Shown here: positions 10,533 through 22,884 of the stretch, piece by piece
How the letters are laid out: the number at the start of each line of letters is the position of its first letter
Position numbering within the stretch: position 1 is the stretch's first letter
Origin: Oopsacas minuta
Taxonomy: Eukaryota > Animalia > Porifera
Assembly: GCA_024704765.1 (NCBI GenBank)
Contig: JAKMXF010000309.1
Coordinates: forward strand, 124,001-188,000
DNA: 64,000 nucleotides
Direction of reading: 5' to 3'
Notes under the pieces: model-generated
What the model saw: only the letters and a program-made list of their open reading frames with translations
What the model was told of the DNA's origin: nothing
The model's database searches: none
Position numbers and translations under genes: made by a program

Positions 10533-13500
10533 TCACCAAAATCTTCCAAAGAATAATCGCCAATCAATATATTCCCATCCATTATAGTAGATAGAATAGG
10601 AAATATATACTATAATTATAATAATGACAAATGACAATGTTGATCTTAATCTTTTATATCTGAATTGTGAAAATACTTTCACTGTTGTCATAGCGATTAT
10701 ACTGATAATTAAAATGACCACATTGAGTACTTTAAAGAGTAGTGAACGAAAAAATCCACCACCGTTTGGTGCGAATAATTGTGAAGCTGATTCTTGCATA
10801 TTTGTTCGAACTTCAAGTTCGATTATTTTCCGTTGTAGGATATCTTGACCTTCTTCTAAGTCTTGAACACGACCTACAGAATCGTATTGTATTTGTGCTA
10901 ATTGTTGTTTCAACTCTTGTACTTCATTTTGATGCATTTCAGTGAAATCTGTCAGCATCAGTTCTATACTAGATATGCGATATTGAGAATCATTCAACTT
11001 TCCCTCTACGTCCTATAGCAACAAAATCTAGATAAATAGGGTAATTATTTAATTTAACAAATTACGTATATGTCGGCGGTCTATATTGTCGGAGAGATTA
11101 TTCTATTCACTAATTTGGGTTGATAGGCCATTTTTAGTGCAGCTTCTCCTATAGGGAGATGCCCTAATGGCATGGACGATGTACGACGTCCGTACATCCG
11201 CGCAGCCGTGCGAAATCTGGCAGTTCTATTAACATAAAATTGGCATACATATACATTGTGGATCGAAGATTTGAACCTCGGGTATTAATTTTCTAAAGTG
11301 ACTATTGTACTCTTTGGTGATTAATCATATTTTCACACCTTTCTATGTAAAATACAAAAGCAAGCTTGTGATTATGTTTCAACATTTTGGCAGAGGAAAT
11401 TGGGTGCGTGGAGTCCGATTTTGAGATTTCAGAGCCTGATAGTAACAATTCACAGATTTATCATATGATTAATCATATTTGTATATATTACTCAAAATGT
11501 TGCTAGAATTTCGTTTGAATGGCTAGTTAGGGGTAAACTAGTATGAGTATTCAAATATGAAATTCTCGCCAACAAACAAGTAAACTGAAAAATTTAGTTC
11601 GAAACAGTAAATATTTTCACTTTTGGTTAGGTTGTGTAAGTAATGTAATTGTTTCTCATATCCGCCCGCCAGAAATTTTGTCCCCCTACAGAAAGATTTT
11701 ATTTGTATTTTTTCCAAATTTATGGATAATTCTTTGGTCACAGAGTCCGTGATCCACATTTTACTAGTTGTATAGTTGAAAAATTCAATATTTTTAATTC
11801 CCAGAGAGAATGTGGCGAGATATTTGAAAGGGAAAAATATTTTATATATTAACTGGCCTAGGAAAAATATACATACAATACCGCGCCGCCGTATCATTTT
11901 CCGAAGAAATTCCGGAAGAGAAACAAGTAATATATTTACATGGCCTTACATATCTGCGATATTTTTCCATATATTTTAAGAATTGGGGTTTAGGAAAGCT
12001 AACTTGTAATTTCTGAGAGATATGCATAGGGTTTTTAATACTAAAAATCCAACCAATTATTTCAACTCCTGACATTTAAGTAACTCGTATTTTATACCCA
12101 ACATTACCTCAACAGACTTTCTTAGCTGAGAGTGACCGGTTTTAACTTCCCTAAACTCCCCTTTAACTATCTCCAACTCGGATCTAATCAAGTCTAATAA
12201 CTTTTCCTTATCCTGAGAATGATAAGCTATATTATGCACATTACGATTCTGCATGAATCGAAAATGAGACATATCATCTTCAGAATTGGTATCACTTGGC
12301 ACAAATGAATTCGTTTCACATCCTCTCTCACTGTCAGAATTGGTCAAGAGACCCCCCCTGATATTACCACTACGTGGTCGCATCATGCTTGTTAAATGTC
12401 TGTAGGCATGACTCTCTTTGAGAACATTTTTAGGCTTCAAAAGTAAATCAGTGAATTTAGTGTTTGTAGGGAAATCTGTCTCTGAAGTTTGATGTTGTGT
12501 GATATTTGACAGGTTATCATCTGAGATAGGCAGTTGATCCTCTGGTGAGTGTGGTGTACAATACACAATAGGATGGTCTCGTGTGTTGTAGAATGAATTG
12601 TTAGCAGATGAGTGTGTATCTGTGTGTGAGGCAGCTCTTGAAGGGAGATGATAGGAGCTTTCACTGTAAAAGGAAACACAAATTAATTCTATTAAGAAAA
12701 TATTCGCATTTGTTTGTCAATTGTTCTGTTGCTGGATTTTGCTTGTTTAATTGTTTCTTGTTTGCGTGTTTGATCGGTAGTTAGTTTGTTAGTTAGTTTG
12801 TGAGTTTGTGAGTTTGTTTAGCAATTGGGAAGGATTCCAATTAGATCATAAATACTACTTGCGAATTCCATAGGGTATAGATTCCGCATTGTCAAACAAA
12901 TTTTAAGTAAATATCTATTGAGAAACTCAAGGCTAAATTAAGAAACTTCAGTCAAAGCTATGAGTAAAACATTATATTATACAACCAACATCCGGTAACT
13001 CGAGCCTCAGGTTTAATTAGGATCCGTTCGAGGTAGTGAATATTCGAATTAACGGATTGCCTCTATTTGAGGTCCCAATTTCTCCAGAGACACTTTTTCC
13101 AAAGATAAAGAGCTGAAATCTGTATTGTTTATTCATTTGGTGATGATTCAAGAATGCAACGAAAACATCATATCAAAAATTTTCAAAAATTATGAAAATC
13201 TGCTCGAAAAATCGGATGTTAGAGTTGACGGATGCAATAAGTACTAAAAGTAGTGTACAACGAATGGAAGTGAATATTCGTTCGAGATAGCGAATTTTAA
13301 GTTAACCGGTATTCGAGTTAGGGGATGTTGAGCGTATTTCCAATTGTAAAGATGATGAAATTCTTGGAGAAACCTAACCTATATGAAGAAGCATTCAATC
13401 TCATATCATCAGTAAAATATTTCTTCTTAGAATCAGTTTTAGATTTACGATGTGGAAATCTTTTGATTCTTTCATGTTTAGGTTTAGTATTAGTTTGATG

Positions 13501-13596
13501 ACGTAATGTAGCCTCTAGACTGAGGGTTCGTGAGAATCTGTTTTCGTCAGGTGGAGTGTTTGGAGGGAAAGAAGAAGGAGGAGAATATTCTGTCAT
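10533..13596 (-). CDS. TMCC: Transmembrane and coiled-coil domain protein (TMCC/TEX28 family), 3 exons, ~417 aa
   Basis: Exons 13596-13379, 12663-12108 and 11012-10533, with GT-AG introns and consistent phases (2, 0). 'LTDFTEMHQNEVQELKQQLA' matches the TMCC 'LNDLTELHQNEILNLKQELA' motif. Two C-terminal TM helices. Confidence 0.8.
11152..11192 (+). repeat. Dispersed 40-bp element end, shared in inverted orientation with 63595-63634
   Basis: tagggagatgccctaatggcatggacgatgtacgacgtcc is the reverse complement of ggacgtcgtacatcgtccatgccatcaaggcatctcccta, with 2 mismatches. Confidence 0.75.
12982..13334. mobile_element. pogo/Tc1-like MITE in TMCC intron 1
   Basis: TA flanks and imperfect TIRs (caaccaacatccggtaactcga / tcgagttaggggatgttgagcg). 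Internal gtgaatattcg repeats. Confidence 0.55.
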
Positions 13597-14010
13597 ATTA
13601 ATTCTGCATAAATACAGTTATTGTGAACCATAAATAGGTCTCTTTATAATATTATAGTATAAAACAAATGCAGTGAAAGTAATGCATTGACTGACTTAGT
13701 TCATAAGAGGGAAATCAGAGAATTGTCATAATCTGTGAGAACATAAAAACCATAATTGATTGTAGAAGTTAATCATTGATTAGTGAAATCTCCATTTAAG
13801 GAATGCTAATTTTGTCAGTATACTGCAGTTAAAGAATTGTTATTACCATATTTCTAAAAATATGCAACCAAACTACATTCTTTATTCCCTGTTATAATTC
13901 TATCAAACTGATATATTATGAATAACGGATCAATGTTGAATCATATAGCCAATGCATTAATAGAAAAATCTGAAGGATTTTGAAAGATTCAAATTACTAT
14001 AGTTTGTGTA

Positions 14011-14370
14011 CACTGCCTGCAGGGGCGGTCCTAGGATTTTGCATAGCCCGTGGCCAAGATTTTGAATTCGGGGCAAAATCTTATTATATAATGGGCAGTA
14101 GTGGTCTAAGGATCAAGCAAAACAGGGGCTGGGTCGCAGCAAATGCCTCGTTTGCACCCCCCTCCCTGGGACCGCCACAGACTGTCTGGCCAAAAGTATT
14201 GGAACACCCTGCGATAATTGACACCTGGCACAAAAGGCAACCATAGTTTATAGGCTAAAGATGTTTTCTAACAATTTTTGAACATAAATATATCATAAAC
14301 AACAAATGATAATAAGCTATTGTTATACTTTCTGCTATATCCATAGAAACTTTCAACGTATTCTCGCCCT
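14011..14370 (+). mobile_element. Truncated second copy of the Tc1-type MITE, interrupted in its left TIR
   Basis: ta-c-actgcctg[insert]actgtctg-gccaaaagtattggaacac, then continuing similarity to 10110-10265. Confidence 0.75.
14020..14180. mobile_element. hAT-type MITE, 161 bp, 8-bp TSD
   Basis: TIRs CAGGGGCGGTCC ... GGACCGCCACAG, flanked by ACTGCCTG / ACTGTCTG. Confidence 0.8.
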
Positions 14371-14537
14371 ATACAGTGTATTTGTTAAAAGATCAATAAT
14401 TATGCGTTAGAAATACAAAAGTTAGATTATATTTCACAAAAAAAGTAATTACAATAATTAAATTCTCAATACTAGAAATAACAAACAAATAATACAAATA
14501 GAAACACACACCATTAACAAATTACATATCTCTCGAA

Positions 14538-16322
14538 TCATATATCATTCGCAGAACTAAAAGATTGAAAGCCTCGTATTTTTTGTCTCATCCTTGGTTT
14601 ATACCAGCAACTTATTAGAAAGAAAATTACCAAAGATACAAAAGATGCGACCAGAAGAAGAGTGAAAAAGTACTCGGTAGAATAACAATATCTATTTTCG
14701 ACACAGACAAAATTATAGTTCCAACAACCTGGACAGCCTACACCCATACTACTGCCTTCTTCAACAATCCCCCCGCAAGTCAGAAAATTAACGAATAGAG
14801 ATACTATGAATGGTATCAGAGTGCCGCAACCGATTATAGACTCGAAAATACCGTAAGTGAATGCTCGCAAATATTCAGGACTTTGTGCATACACCCATTC
14901 TATACTTCCCACAGTTACAAATACTTCTGATAAACTCAATAAAATATATTGGATTACTTGTAGATAAGCCAGGTAATCATGACCTGTTGTCAAGGTTGGT
15001 AACGCAGAGGTAGCATTGGTATGCAAACTAGCTGCAATACAAGGAGCTTTATGTATATACTCAAGAATTGTAGCGAATAGTAAACTCAAAATTGCCAAGG
15101 GAAACCCCAATAGAAATCGATGCAAGATTCGAGGCAACACACGATAAAGCTTTCGACCTAATGTTGTGTATTCGAGTAACACAATAAATATCATGGATGT
15201 AAGTGAGCCGATTTTTGAAATTAAAATTGGAGCAGGTGACCTGTATGTATATAAAAATCCATCAGCCTGTAACGAATAGAAATACACAAAAAGATATTCC
15301 TCTGAAAAATACAATGACAAACTTATTAGAACCAAAATCATTGAGAAAAATGTTTTTACATCTTCGACGCGTTCAAAAGTGAATTTTCCACCATTACTAC
15401 GTTTTGCATAGTCAAGTGTTGTTCGCTTCGTTTGGTAAATATCAATTTGATTATGTTTTTCTATACGATTTCCGATTGCATTCCTGACAACACCGTATAT
15501 CTTTCCGACTGGATTGCCTTGTGGTGGTGATGGAAGAAGCCAACCACATATAGACGGAATTTTAAAAAGAAGCAGGGCGATGAAAGAAGTGATTATAGCA
15601 ACGTATATGTTAGAAATTTTCCATAAACGACCCACTAGGGTGTCCGTATATTGTTCAACGCTTCCAAAGGCCAAAAAACTGCCCAGATTAATGAAGAAGT
15701 AATACCAATGGAAGTAGGATGGGATTGTCGTTATAACACTCGCTTCTCTCATTTGATCAACTCCATAAGGGATTATCACAGTATTGAAACTTGAACAACC
15801 AATTACAATGGAAAATAAACTTAAATAGTAAAAGACATAGAAAACAATACAATTTGTTTCGTTGTTAAATATTTGGTTACTGAATATTATTCCCAAAGTG
15901 GAATAGCCAATAAATTGCATTAAAAGACCGAATGAAAATACACGATGTCTGCCAAACTTCCAATCCGCCAAGAGGCCAGCGATCGGAGCAAACAAAAAAC
16001 TACCAGCATACGTCAAAGTTGAATCCTTTTGTCCTGTCCAGTTTGGACGGGAACAAATTTTTCCAAGTAGGCCTGTTTTTATCAAATCAGATTGAAAGTT
16101 CAAAACAGAAAAAAGAGCGAATCTTTGTATAGCTACGAGTATCAATATTAGCTTTAATTGCGGGAATTTCTCACTATCACGTGGTATAGGAATTGTTGAA
16201 AATATACGTTTCACTTTATTAGCTTTCGAATCAAGAGTTCGTTTGTTCACGTTTTCATCTTCTTGTGTGTTGACACGAGAAATTAAGGGAATATTTTTGT
16301 GATCAACCATATAGAATATCAA
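14538..16322 (-). CDS. Proton-dependent oligopeptide transporter (POT/PTR2, SLC15A3/A4-like), intronless
   Basis: 'GLLADWKFGRHR', 'YGVDQM', 'SYFHWYYFFINLGS', 'QYILLSLSEVF' and 'EWVYAQSPEYLRAF' are POT-family motifs. Confidence 0.9.
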   Translation of the reverse strand: MIFYMVDHKNIPLISRVNTQEDENVNKRTLDSKANKVKRIFSTIPIPRDSEKFPQLKLILILVAIQRFALFSVLNFQSDLIKTGLLGKICSRPNWTGQKDSTLTYAGSFLFAPIAGLLADWKFGRHRVFSFGLLMQFIGYSTLGIIFSNQIFNNETNCIVFYVFYYLSLFSIVIGCSSFNTVIIPYGVDQMREASVITTIPSYFHWYYFFINLGSFLAFGSVEQYTDTLVGRLWKISNIYVAIITSFIALLLFKIPSICGWLLPSPPQGNPVGKIYGVVRNAIGNRIEKHNQIDIYQTKRTTLDYAKRSNGGKFTFERVEDVKTFFSMILVLISLSLYFSEEYLFVYFYSLQADGFLYTYRSPAPILISKIGSLTSMIFIVLLEYTTLGRKLYRVLPRILHRFLLGFPLAILSLLFATILEYIHKAPCIAASLHTNATSALPTLTTGHDYLAYLQVIQYILLSLSEVFVTVGSIEWVYAQSPEYLRAFTYGIFESIIGCGTLIPFIVSLFVNFLTCGGIVEEGSSMGVGCPGCWNYNFVCVENRYCYSTEYFFTLLLVASFVSLVIFFLISCWYKPRMRQKIRGFQSFSSANDI

Positions 16323-16899
16323 ATATGATAGAATTATAAATCAGGCTTTAAGCATATATTTATCGTTTGGCGTTTATATCAAATTACCCTAAGTTAATAT
16401 TTGATCCATTATTATTTGTTAATATTATGTAAGAATTATCTGAGAGCGGCAAACCCTCCTCTAGACGTATGATTATTGATGAAATTATATTTGAGAGTGT
16501 GAAATTGAGGATATCTCCCTATACCGTAACATTAATTCGGTGATTTTGGCGTATGTACATTTGGAGGAGCGTTAGGAGCGTACTCAGAATAACCTGTATA
16601 ACTCCCTGAATTTATAAAGAATCTCAGGCTGAGATTGGGCAAATAATTAAGGAACCCTTAAAGAACTTTCTGCAAATAATCAAACTGGAATTTAGCGAAA
16701 TGTTCAGTTGGTTAAATACAAATCATCCGCGACTATTTCGCTCCTGTTGGCTTATAAGGCCCCCAAAAGAGCTTCAACTAAAAATCCCCCACCCACCCAG
16801 TGTCCAAAAACACATACGAACTTGAAAAATTGGAAGTCCACATTTCTTTCCACACGACCTAAAAATTACCTAGATCAAATATTACTGAACTATCTGGCT

Positions 16900-17390
16900 C
16901 ATGTAAATCCGGTGTAACAGTGGATAGTGTTCCCGTGAATAATGTTCTCCCGAACCTGATATATTAGGGGAGGTTACGAATCTGGGGTCCACAGGATCTA
17001 TTGCAGTCTGTGGGAGGGGGCCTACAGAATTTGTTAAAATTAGTATAGAGGGTTCAAGGGTGAAGAAGGTTGGGAATCGCTGCACCAGGGAATATGGTTC
17101 CCCAAATAGTTCGAAGTTGAGCTATTAACAATGCAAATCCGCACGAAGGATAAGTCATAAGTAACTACCTTTGAGGTTTTGAGGGAGGATCAGGGGGCTA
17201 TATTATACCAAACAGGTTGGTTAAATTTGTACAAGTTCCGCATGAGGAATCACTTACCCGCATAGATTTACATACTTTGTATGCAGATTCACATATTTGA
17301 TAGCTCCTAGAACCATGATCCCCTCCCTATAGGTAATAATGTTCAGAGGAACAGTATTCACGGAAACACAATTTACATGGAGCAAATATT
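16900..17390. repeat. Degenerate inverted-repeat element (probable old MITE)
   Basis: gtgttcccgtgaataatgttctcccgaac (~16927) vs the reverse complement of gttcagaggaacagtattcacggaaacac (~17341-17369). Confidence 0.45.
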
Positions 17391-17670
17391 TTGTGAGAGT
17401 GCCTCAAAATAAACGATTCAACTTAGGACAAGAACGAAATGTTGGTATCTAGCAAAATTTTTTAACTTTTCCATTATTAAATAAAATATAAATTTTACAA
17501 GCAGCATGTCGCATCACATTAACTACGATATACGAATGACTTGTATCTGAGTTATAGCCTTGGTAATAAATATTTAATCAAACACAGATTAAGTAATATT
17601 AGAATAGTAAGAGATTGGGTTACAGTAGAATAGGGCTTGATAATATCAGAATAGAAATAGTATATATAGT

Positions 17671-20094
17671 CTATAGCATAGTGCGACCTGTTTTGTTGGA
17701 CATATTCTCAGCTAAATGTTTGTTGAATGTAGTGAGACGTGAGAAATAGTGTGTAGCAGTTATATGCTTATGTTTCACAATTTCGATGAACTTTGTACCG
17801 TAAGATTCATTTATATTATGAACCTGTAAATGAGCGATGGTTTCACTCTCAGATAAAAGTATACAATTCCAAGGTGTGAAATGCCGGGAGTTATCCCACC
17901 GCACTAACCGCAATTCATACAAATCAGTTTCACCACTCAAAACACTCTTAGAATTCCAAATAGACTCAACAATATATCGAATATCTTCATCTTGCATTAA
18001 ATATATAAGTTTGCTACCATCCTTATAGCCATCTTCACTATGACGTAATCGCTTTAACATTAGCCGAAACATAGTATTATCACCACGTTCTCTTGCTCTA
18101 TTCTCCAGCTCTCTACATTGACGACAATGTCCTACCATACGAGCATTACTTGTTAATGGGAAATCTACAGAAGGCAAATATTCACGACAAGACTTACAGA
18201 AGTAGACCTTCCCGGATAATTTTACTGGGTCTTGGGGAACCTTTATCAATCGAGCAGCTTCTGCATTGAATAAAGGTGTTTTGACATACTGTAGATACAG
18301 GTTAATTAACCGATTTCTAAGACCCGTCAAAGCTGATGACCTAGAACCACGAATAAGCAGGTCTGACTCACGATCAATTAACTGTACTATATCACGTGTT
18401 AGATCGCAATCATGCTCACTTACTGTTTGTTTCAATGTCATTAATACATCTAAACGTTCATCACGTGTTATTTCCTGTAGAGATAAGCTATTGTATAGCT
18501 CTTTAAGCTGTGTAGCACGCTGTGTATATGGTGTTTCCATTTCTATAGTTAAGCCGTCTGGAGTTATCCATGATTTGGATGAAGCTGCTTTTTCGAGGAA
18601 TTTCTGTACACGTGCAGTTTCATTGTCTTTATCAGCTATGCTTTTATGTCTGTGTATTGAACCGATTAGCTCAGCTTCTTGTTCTAATAGCGCGCATAAC
18701 GCTGCCTTTCTCTCAGGGCCTTGTAGAGTTGAGTTTATTCGGCCTACTTCTTCCAAACGCCATGATTCCAACGCGTGATAGAGGAGATCAAAATCTGCTT
18801 TAGTTTTAGGGTTTAATCGTCTGTCTAAATCGAATTTATCTCTCAATTCTCGCTGTCTTGCTTTCCTTTCAGATTCCTTCTCAAGCCAAGCTGCTCTGTT
18901 AGCTTTTGTTATTCGCAGAGAATTGACGTCACGAGTAGCTCTCCATCTCCTGAAATGAGTTTGTAGTATCAATACATGACTCTCTATTCGTATCCCTCGT
19001 TCTTCTGCTGTTTCGTATCTACCTGTCAAGACAATGTAAAATATTATTAGGGTACTTATACGAATTGCTAGATTTCGCATTGCAACATGTACCACGTACC
19101 TAGGGACGGAAGTCTTCCATCTCCCTATATGATCGCACTAAAATCCTATAAAATCAACTTACCAGGATACATAACCCTATCTCCCTGCTCAGATATATGT
19201 AGACCTGTCTTACACATCTGTGTGGCAGCATTAGATGAAGTTTGTTGTAATCTATTTCTAGCAGTTATAGTCTGTGTCTCTCTCTCAAACACAGTCTTAG
19301 TACGAGGCAGTCTCTTCTTGGGATCTGTTTGTACAGATGCATGATGATACTCAATCTCTGTATCTTTGTGCTTGTAGCCGCCTAAGAATGGTTTCTTGAA
19401 TGATGTGGGTATTATAGCGATAGGCGTGGAAACAGGAGCTACTGGTTGAGAAGGTGATATTGGTTCAGAATCTTGGGCTTGTTCTGTCTGTATCTCTACT
19501 TCTGTGGGGGTCTAGAAAGAAACAAGGGTAGAGTACAGTTAAAAGATTTCAATGACAGAAGTACCAGTAGATTCTTGAGTATAATTAAATACGAAACACT
19601 GATATGAAGCATTCGATTTCGGTGGTAGGAGCTAGCGACGTGACTCACTTTTCATGAACTTCTGACAAAGCTGAAATGAAGTACACATGAGACATTAATC
19701 TATTTCTCACCTCTTCACTTGGTTCTGGTTTAGATTCAATCTCAATCAATTCTTGTTCCTTTTCCACTTCTTGAGCAGGTTCCTTTTCAATATATCGTAC
19801 TTCCACGCGCTTTTTCTCACTCACATCTATCCCCAGCTGTTTCAAACTCTTTTCAAGATCTACCAACTCTCCATCAACCAAAAGCTCTACATCACCATCG
19901 CGAAATATTTCCGCGGCTTTTGACTGCAAATACGAGAGCGTGTTATGTAAAGGAATTGTAATAGAAGTAGATAACTGTGTGGTATTGTGATATAACTCTA
20001 TTTCAGCACTGGATTCCTTCTCTATAACTTCTGTACGTTCTGATAAGTCTATTTCTTGTGGAGTATCTGTGTTATCGTTATCTACTGGTTCCAT
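17671..20094 (-). CDS. IQUB: IQ motif and ubiquitin-like domain protein (ciliary radial spoke), 3 exons, ~694 aa
   Basis: Exons 20094-19711, 19511-19163 and 19022-17671, phases 0 and 1 consistent. Motifs KPFLGGYKHK, RLNPKTKADF, ERLDVLMTLK and PWNCILL match IQUB. Confidence 0.92.
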
Positions 20095-20552
20095 TGCTAG
20101 TATACAGTGAATACAGATACGTGGTTAACAACAGAACAGGAGTTGATTACTAGTGAGTGATTACGAATACAGGAAAGGTTGTAATCGATTGCAATTTCGA
20201 GTTTAGGATGATTGTTAACGAGAAATTATTTCAATTCTACATGTTGTCCATCTAAGCATGAGGGAGGGGAGACATTTCATTATCAGGGAAGGTATGACAA
20301 GTCTGGATGGCCCAATCCGCGACCGATTTTTGAGTAATTGGCCATAAGTGGACAAATAAAGAACATACCCTTTCATGGAAGAAAGTGAATTGGAAGATAG
20401 CATAGTCTATTAAATATGTATTTTTAATAGACAATTATATAATATAAACAACAAGTAAGAAACACGCAATACATAAAATATATGACTCTATTCCTGTGAA
20501 TAGGCGAATACGAGTCCAGAGGAGCAAATGTAGTAAGGGGAGCATACACAAA

Positions 20553-21428
20553 CTAATTTAGTTTGAAACTCAACAAGATAGAACCTTCCTTTCCCTCTCC
20601 CAATTTTCCATCTAAAGGAAAGCTTTGTTTAACTAATACTCCGTATAATACTGCTGTAGGAATCTCTATATGAGTCCAAGCAATTCGTAGATCATCAGAG
20701 AATACTTTAAGATCGAAAATCTCTATGTCTAATCCTGTTGTGTTAATCTGTAGATCTATGTCAAAACGTATATTCCATTCCGGGGTTTGGCCTATCTCAC
20801 AGCTGGATAGATATTCAACATCATCTATAGTGAGCTTACAGTAAGGACTAGGGAGTACACTGTAGCTTTGATTGAGATCTGCTTTAACTATCGTTATAGC
20901 TAAACACCCTGTATTGTCAGGATCCTTAGAGCTAGTAAGATCCCTTGGTTGTTTGGTACTGGATACTAAAGATGAGATAATCTCTTTGTTTTGTGGTTTA
21001 TCAATTTTGAGAGAATCTTCTGGTCCTGTTACTGATATTTCCCCAAAGGCTTTAATGAGTGTTTGGAGTGATGTAAGTCTGGAATAATTGAAATAAGGGC
21101 ATTGGAGTTTGGTGGGTGTTTCAAGTTGTATCAGACGCTCTTCATAAAGACGAATGGTCTCTTTATGTACATAGATATTAGTGTTATCTTTCAAACTTAA
21201 TTGATCCATAAGTCGTTGTGCAACTACAATTTCTTCAATGGAATTTTTTCGCATCTCCTCTTTATCGGTATAATCAGATTTGAGAATGGAGAGACCTTTT
21301 AAGAGACTGTCTCTCCTCGCGATTAGCTCTGCGATCAGAGGGTTAAAAACATTCATAATTTCAATGGCAACAGAATCGAATTCTGTAATTTCATTGTTCG
21401 TGGAATTTGTTTGTAGTTCAGTAGCCAT
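20553..21428 (-). CDS. Coiled-coil + Tollip-derived C2 protein, copy A (291 aa)
   Basis: C-terminal C2 aligns with the TOLLIP C2 (PYCKLTI, EIFD, RIAWTHIEIP, FPLDGKLGEGKEG). N-terminal helical region; no CUE domain. Confidence 0.8.
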   Translation of the reverse strand: MATELQTNSTNNEITEFDSVAIEIMNVFNPLIAELIARRDSLLKGLSILKSDYTDKEEMRKNSIEEIVVAQRLMDQLSLKDNTNIYVHKETIRLYEERLIQLETPTKLQCPYFNYSRLTSLQTLIKAFGEISVTGPEDSLKIDKPQNKEIISSLVSSTKQPRDLTSSKDPDNTGCLAITIVKADLNQSYSVLPSPYCKLTIDDVEYLSSCEIGQTPEWNIRFDIDLQINTTGLDIEIFDLKVFSDDLRIAWTHIEIPTAVLYGVLVKQSFPLDGKLGEGKEGSILLSFKLN

Positions 21429-21734
21429 CTATCTTTGTAGAATTTATAAATATTTAATACTGCAGAACTCGGTTAGCAGTTGCCCAGCTTCAGACGAACT
21501 TTGGGTTAGTAAGCTATGTTGGGGATAAGTAGTCACAAGTGAACATGGCCATGTATGGAAGAATGAGAATTGGAAGATAGCATAGTCTACGAAATATGTA
21601 TTATTGAATAAACAATTAGAGAATATAAACAACAATTAAGAAACACGCGGGATATAAAAGTATTACAATTGGCTAGTGAATAGGCGAATACAAGTCCAGA
21701 GGAGCAAATGTAGCATGTAGTATACAAAAAACCA

Positions 21735-22545
21735 ATTCAATTGAAAACTCACCAAAATAGTTCCTTCCTTTCCCTCTCCCAATTTCCCATCTGAAGGATA
21801 CCATTCTTTAACGAATTCTCTGTAAAATACTGCTGTAGGAATATCTATATCATCAGAGAATAATTAATCACAGACAATCTCTATATCTAATCCTGTTGTG
21901 TTAATCATTAGATCTATGCCATAAAAAATTGATTCCAACCCGGGTTAGACCCATCCTATAGTTGGTTGTATATTCGTAATTACCTATTGTGAGTCTACAA
22001 TAAAGATTCATTCGAAATCTACCGTAACTCTTATTGAGACGTGCTTCAATTATTGTAACAGATAAACGTCCTATATGATTAGGGTCCTTGGTCTGTTTAG
22101 GTTGTGTGTTACAGGATACTAAGGATGAGATAGTCTCTTCGTTTTGAGGTTTATCATTATTGAGAACATTTTCTGATTCTGATATTTCCCCAAACTCTCT
22201 AATGAGTGTTTTAGTTCTTCTAGTCTGGGGTAATTGAATTCCGGATGTGGGAGTTTGGTAGGTGTTTTCAATTCTTGTATACGCTTCTCATAAACATCAG
22301 TAGCATCTTTATGTGCAGATATATTAGAGTTAACTTTTACACTTAACTGATGTAAAAGTTGTCGTGCAATTTCAATTTTATCAATTGTATTTTTCGCATC
22401 ATCTCTTTATCAGAATAATTGGATTTGAAGTCGGAGAGATCTTTTTTTAAGAGATTGTCTTTCCTCGCGATTAGCTCTGCGGTCAGTAGGTCAAAAACGT
22501 TGTTGATTTCAACGGCAACAGAATCGAATTCAGCAATTAGTGTAA
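21735..22545 (-). pseudogene. Coiled-coil + C2 paralog, disrupted
   Basis: Collinear with copies A and B (AEFDSVAVEINNVF ... PSDGKLGEGKEG) but broken by stops and indels. The start is replaced by repeat-derived sequence at ~22550-22740. Confidence 0.8.
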
Positions 22546-22884
22546 GTGAATGATTGCTAAGACAGTTAAGAATGATTTTACCAAGCTTGAAACTACTCGA
22601 ACAGAATACCAGCCTACTAACCGAATACCGAATATTGATTATTCGCCAAATATTATTCAGTTGAATCGAATATTGAACGATAGTGGACTCTCCAAAAACG
22701 GACAACACCTCTACAACGGACAGGAAATCAATACCTCTTAAATTATAAACATACAGCTGTTCTATTATTGCCCTGTTGCGGTTAAGCCTAGTATGAAATT
22801 AAATATAATACATACAAATTCAATATATAGCTAATAGTCTATATAGCTCAATGAAAATGTCTCCGTAAATGTGTATAATACAAA

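Noticed and set aside
9814-10594. ORFs 9814-10131 and 10205-10594 sharing 'VFQYFWPG'
   Set aside because: The shared peptide is the two TIRs of the Tc1 MITE read outward.
20252-20434. Paired small ORFs with DYAIFQF (also 21444-21635)
   Set aside because: They lie in duplicated 3' flanks of the C2 tandem units, with no independent coding evidence.
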